Below, piece by piece: positions 62,723 through 64,000 of a stretch of DNA of 64,000 nucleotides (its first letter is position 1; each line of letters begins with the position of its first letter). The notes under the pieces are model-generated. The model did no database searches, was not told where the DNA came from, and was given only the letters and a program-made list of their open reading frames with translations. Source of the stretch: a bacterium (GTDB lineage Bacteria > Moduliflexota > Moduliflexia > Moduliflexales > JAUQPW01); NCBI GenBank assembly GCA_030550175.1, contig JAUQPW010000005.1:23873-87872 (forward strand), written 5' to 3'. The translations under genes and the position numbers were made by a program.

Positions 62723-64000
62723 TTAAACGGTTCCTGCCGGTGCAAGGGGAACTGCGAAAGCTTTGACCTCCTGGGCTACGGGCTCGTATAAATCCTTGAA
62801 CTCCACGCCACAGTTCTGATCAATAGCAAATTTAGCCGCATTGACCATGTCCCGATGTTGGGCAGGGTAATTTTCTTCACAACCATCGGTGGAAAGAAGG
62901 ACGGGTTTTCCAGGTTCTTTGAGTTTAATGGTTACATAGTTTTTCCAGATGGTTTTAAAATCCCGGGATACCCAACCCCCGGTATGATCATAGATAATAT
63001 CGGTATTTTTATAGGACCAAACCTCGAAATATCCGGGCTTATCTACTTCCAGCGAAGCCGACACCAATACCTCACGATTTACCGACTTGATGACATCGGC
63101 GACCCAGTTATGCCAGGCAGCTCCTCCACCCATATTGTACTCGTTGCAGACTTCAAAGATAATATTTTTATACTCTCGCAACGTATCCACCATATAGCGA
63201 ACATAATTCTCTTGAAGGGCCCGCACGGTAGGATTGGGATTATAAAACTCGGGCCGACCATCCTTAGGATTGGTGATCGGGCCGCCATTGGCCGCATTAA
63301 AAGGATGTCTTCGCCAGGTCATGCCGGAGGGTGTGTCCCAAAGGGCTACGTTGTCGAACAAGTCTAAAACCACGATAATTCCCCTGGATCCAAAGGATTG
63401 GACCAGATTTTTCAGATTCTCCATATAGACCGGATCAAAACTGTACAGATCAAATTTATCCCCGACTTTACTCCAGGGGAATAGGTTAGAGGTCCAGGTA
63501 TCGATACAGAAAACCCGGGTAAGACATGCGTTATACCCCCGGATGATGTCGGCAAACTCGGCAGGGGTCTTTCCCTTGTAAGGACCGTCCCAGGGGTAAA
63601 AACTCATATCTGTCCACATATAGGTAGAGTAACCCGTAATGACCAGCTTTTGGGGGGGATTAATCTCATTATAAAGATCGTATCCCCGAGCCTTAAGGTT
63701 ATACACATAATTCCCGGTAAAGGGAGATACCGGAGAAGGTAAAAGTTTGGCCAATTCCTCGTCCGCGAGGAAACTCCCTTCTGGTAGGACCCACCCCGCC
63801 TGCGGAGAGGGTTGGGAAGGGGCCGGAAGGAGCGTGGGGTCCACAACACAGATAAACTTAATGGCCATATACGTATAACCCATATAATAAAGCCGGAACT
63901 CTAATTTGGAATCCTCTGAGGTAGGTCTAAAAGGTAAAGCGAACCGGACGGGTTTGCCGGCTTCGGGGAAATCTTTTCGGGTCAGGATCATTTTGGCGAT
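62723..64000 (-). CDS. Paralogue of 58515-60257 (GH5-like); 5' end lies outside the window
   Basis: Near-identical blocks LEFRL.YMGYTYMAIK, FCIDTWTS, KDGRPEFYNPN, NIIFEVCNEY, EFKDLYEP. The frame is open to the window edge (IAKMILTRKDF versus IAKQVMTRKDF), so Met 63991 is internal. Confidence 0.8.
   Translation of the reverse strand: MAKMILTRKDFPEAGKPVRFALPFRPTSEDSKLEFRLYYMGYTYMAIKFICVVDPTLLPAPSQPSPQAGWVLPEGSFLADEELAKLLPSPVSPFTGNYVYNLKARGYDLYNEINPPQKLVITGYSTYMWTDMSFYPWDGPYKGKTPAEFADIIRGYNACLTRVFCIDTWTSNLFPWSKVGDKFDLYSFDPVYMENLKNLVQSFGSRGIIVVLDLFDNVALWDTPSGMTWRRHPFNAANGGPITNPKDGRPEFYNPNPTVRALQENYVRYMVDTLREYKNIIFEVCNEYNMGGGAAWHNWVADVIKSVNREVLVSASLEVDKPGYFEVWSYKNTDIIYDHTGGWVSRDFKTIWKNYVTIKLKEPGKPVLLSTDGCEENYPAQHRDMVNAAKFAIDQNCGVEFKDLYEPVAQEVKAFAVPLAPAGTV

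Overview
A 64-kb chromosomal window from a diderm-type bacterium (lipoprotein TolB-like propeller, c-type cytochrome, PilM); I cannot assign a taxon from the sequence alone. Housekeeping blocks are prs-rplY-pth, a tungstate/molybdate ABC permease plus ATPase (tupBC, no binding protein), a complete livJHMGF-type ABC operon, and an Rrf2-controlled sufBCDSUT operon. Accessory content is mostly cell-envelope chemistry. One part is a carbamoyltransferase-SxtJ-DUF5989-GT2-EamA-methyltransferase operon. The other is a 13-kb block of PA14-fused GT-C glycosyltransferases, SGNH enzymes (one internally deleted) and a membrane spermidine-synthase-like protein. Together these look like a lipid-linked, modified-sugar surface decoration pathway. 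Unusual proteins include a (p)ppGpp-hydrolase-like HD domain fused to a TPMT-type methyltransferase, a ~1,700-aa exported double-WD40/TPR/TM/TPR protein, a beta-propeller/di-heme/CHRD fusion, a cNMP/MinD-like/patatin protein and two GH5-like paralogues. The intergenic DNA is highly structured. Almost every junction in the suf and liv operons is filled by an inverted pair of short tandem repeats, mostly heptamers and of several different unit sequences, often running from the stop codon to the next start. There are also a TA-flanked MITE family with swappable cargo, a second MITE-like family, CCCTC-type hairpins and a twice-occurring ~105-nt covarying hairpin. I found no tRNA, rRNA, CRISPR array or transposase. 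Several ORF-track starts are too far upstream and are corrected here, and one 52-aa gene missed by the track is added.
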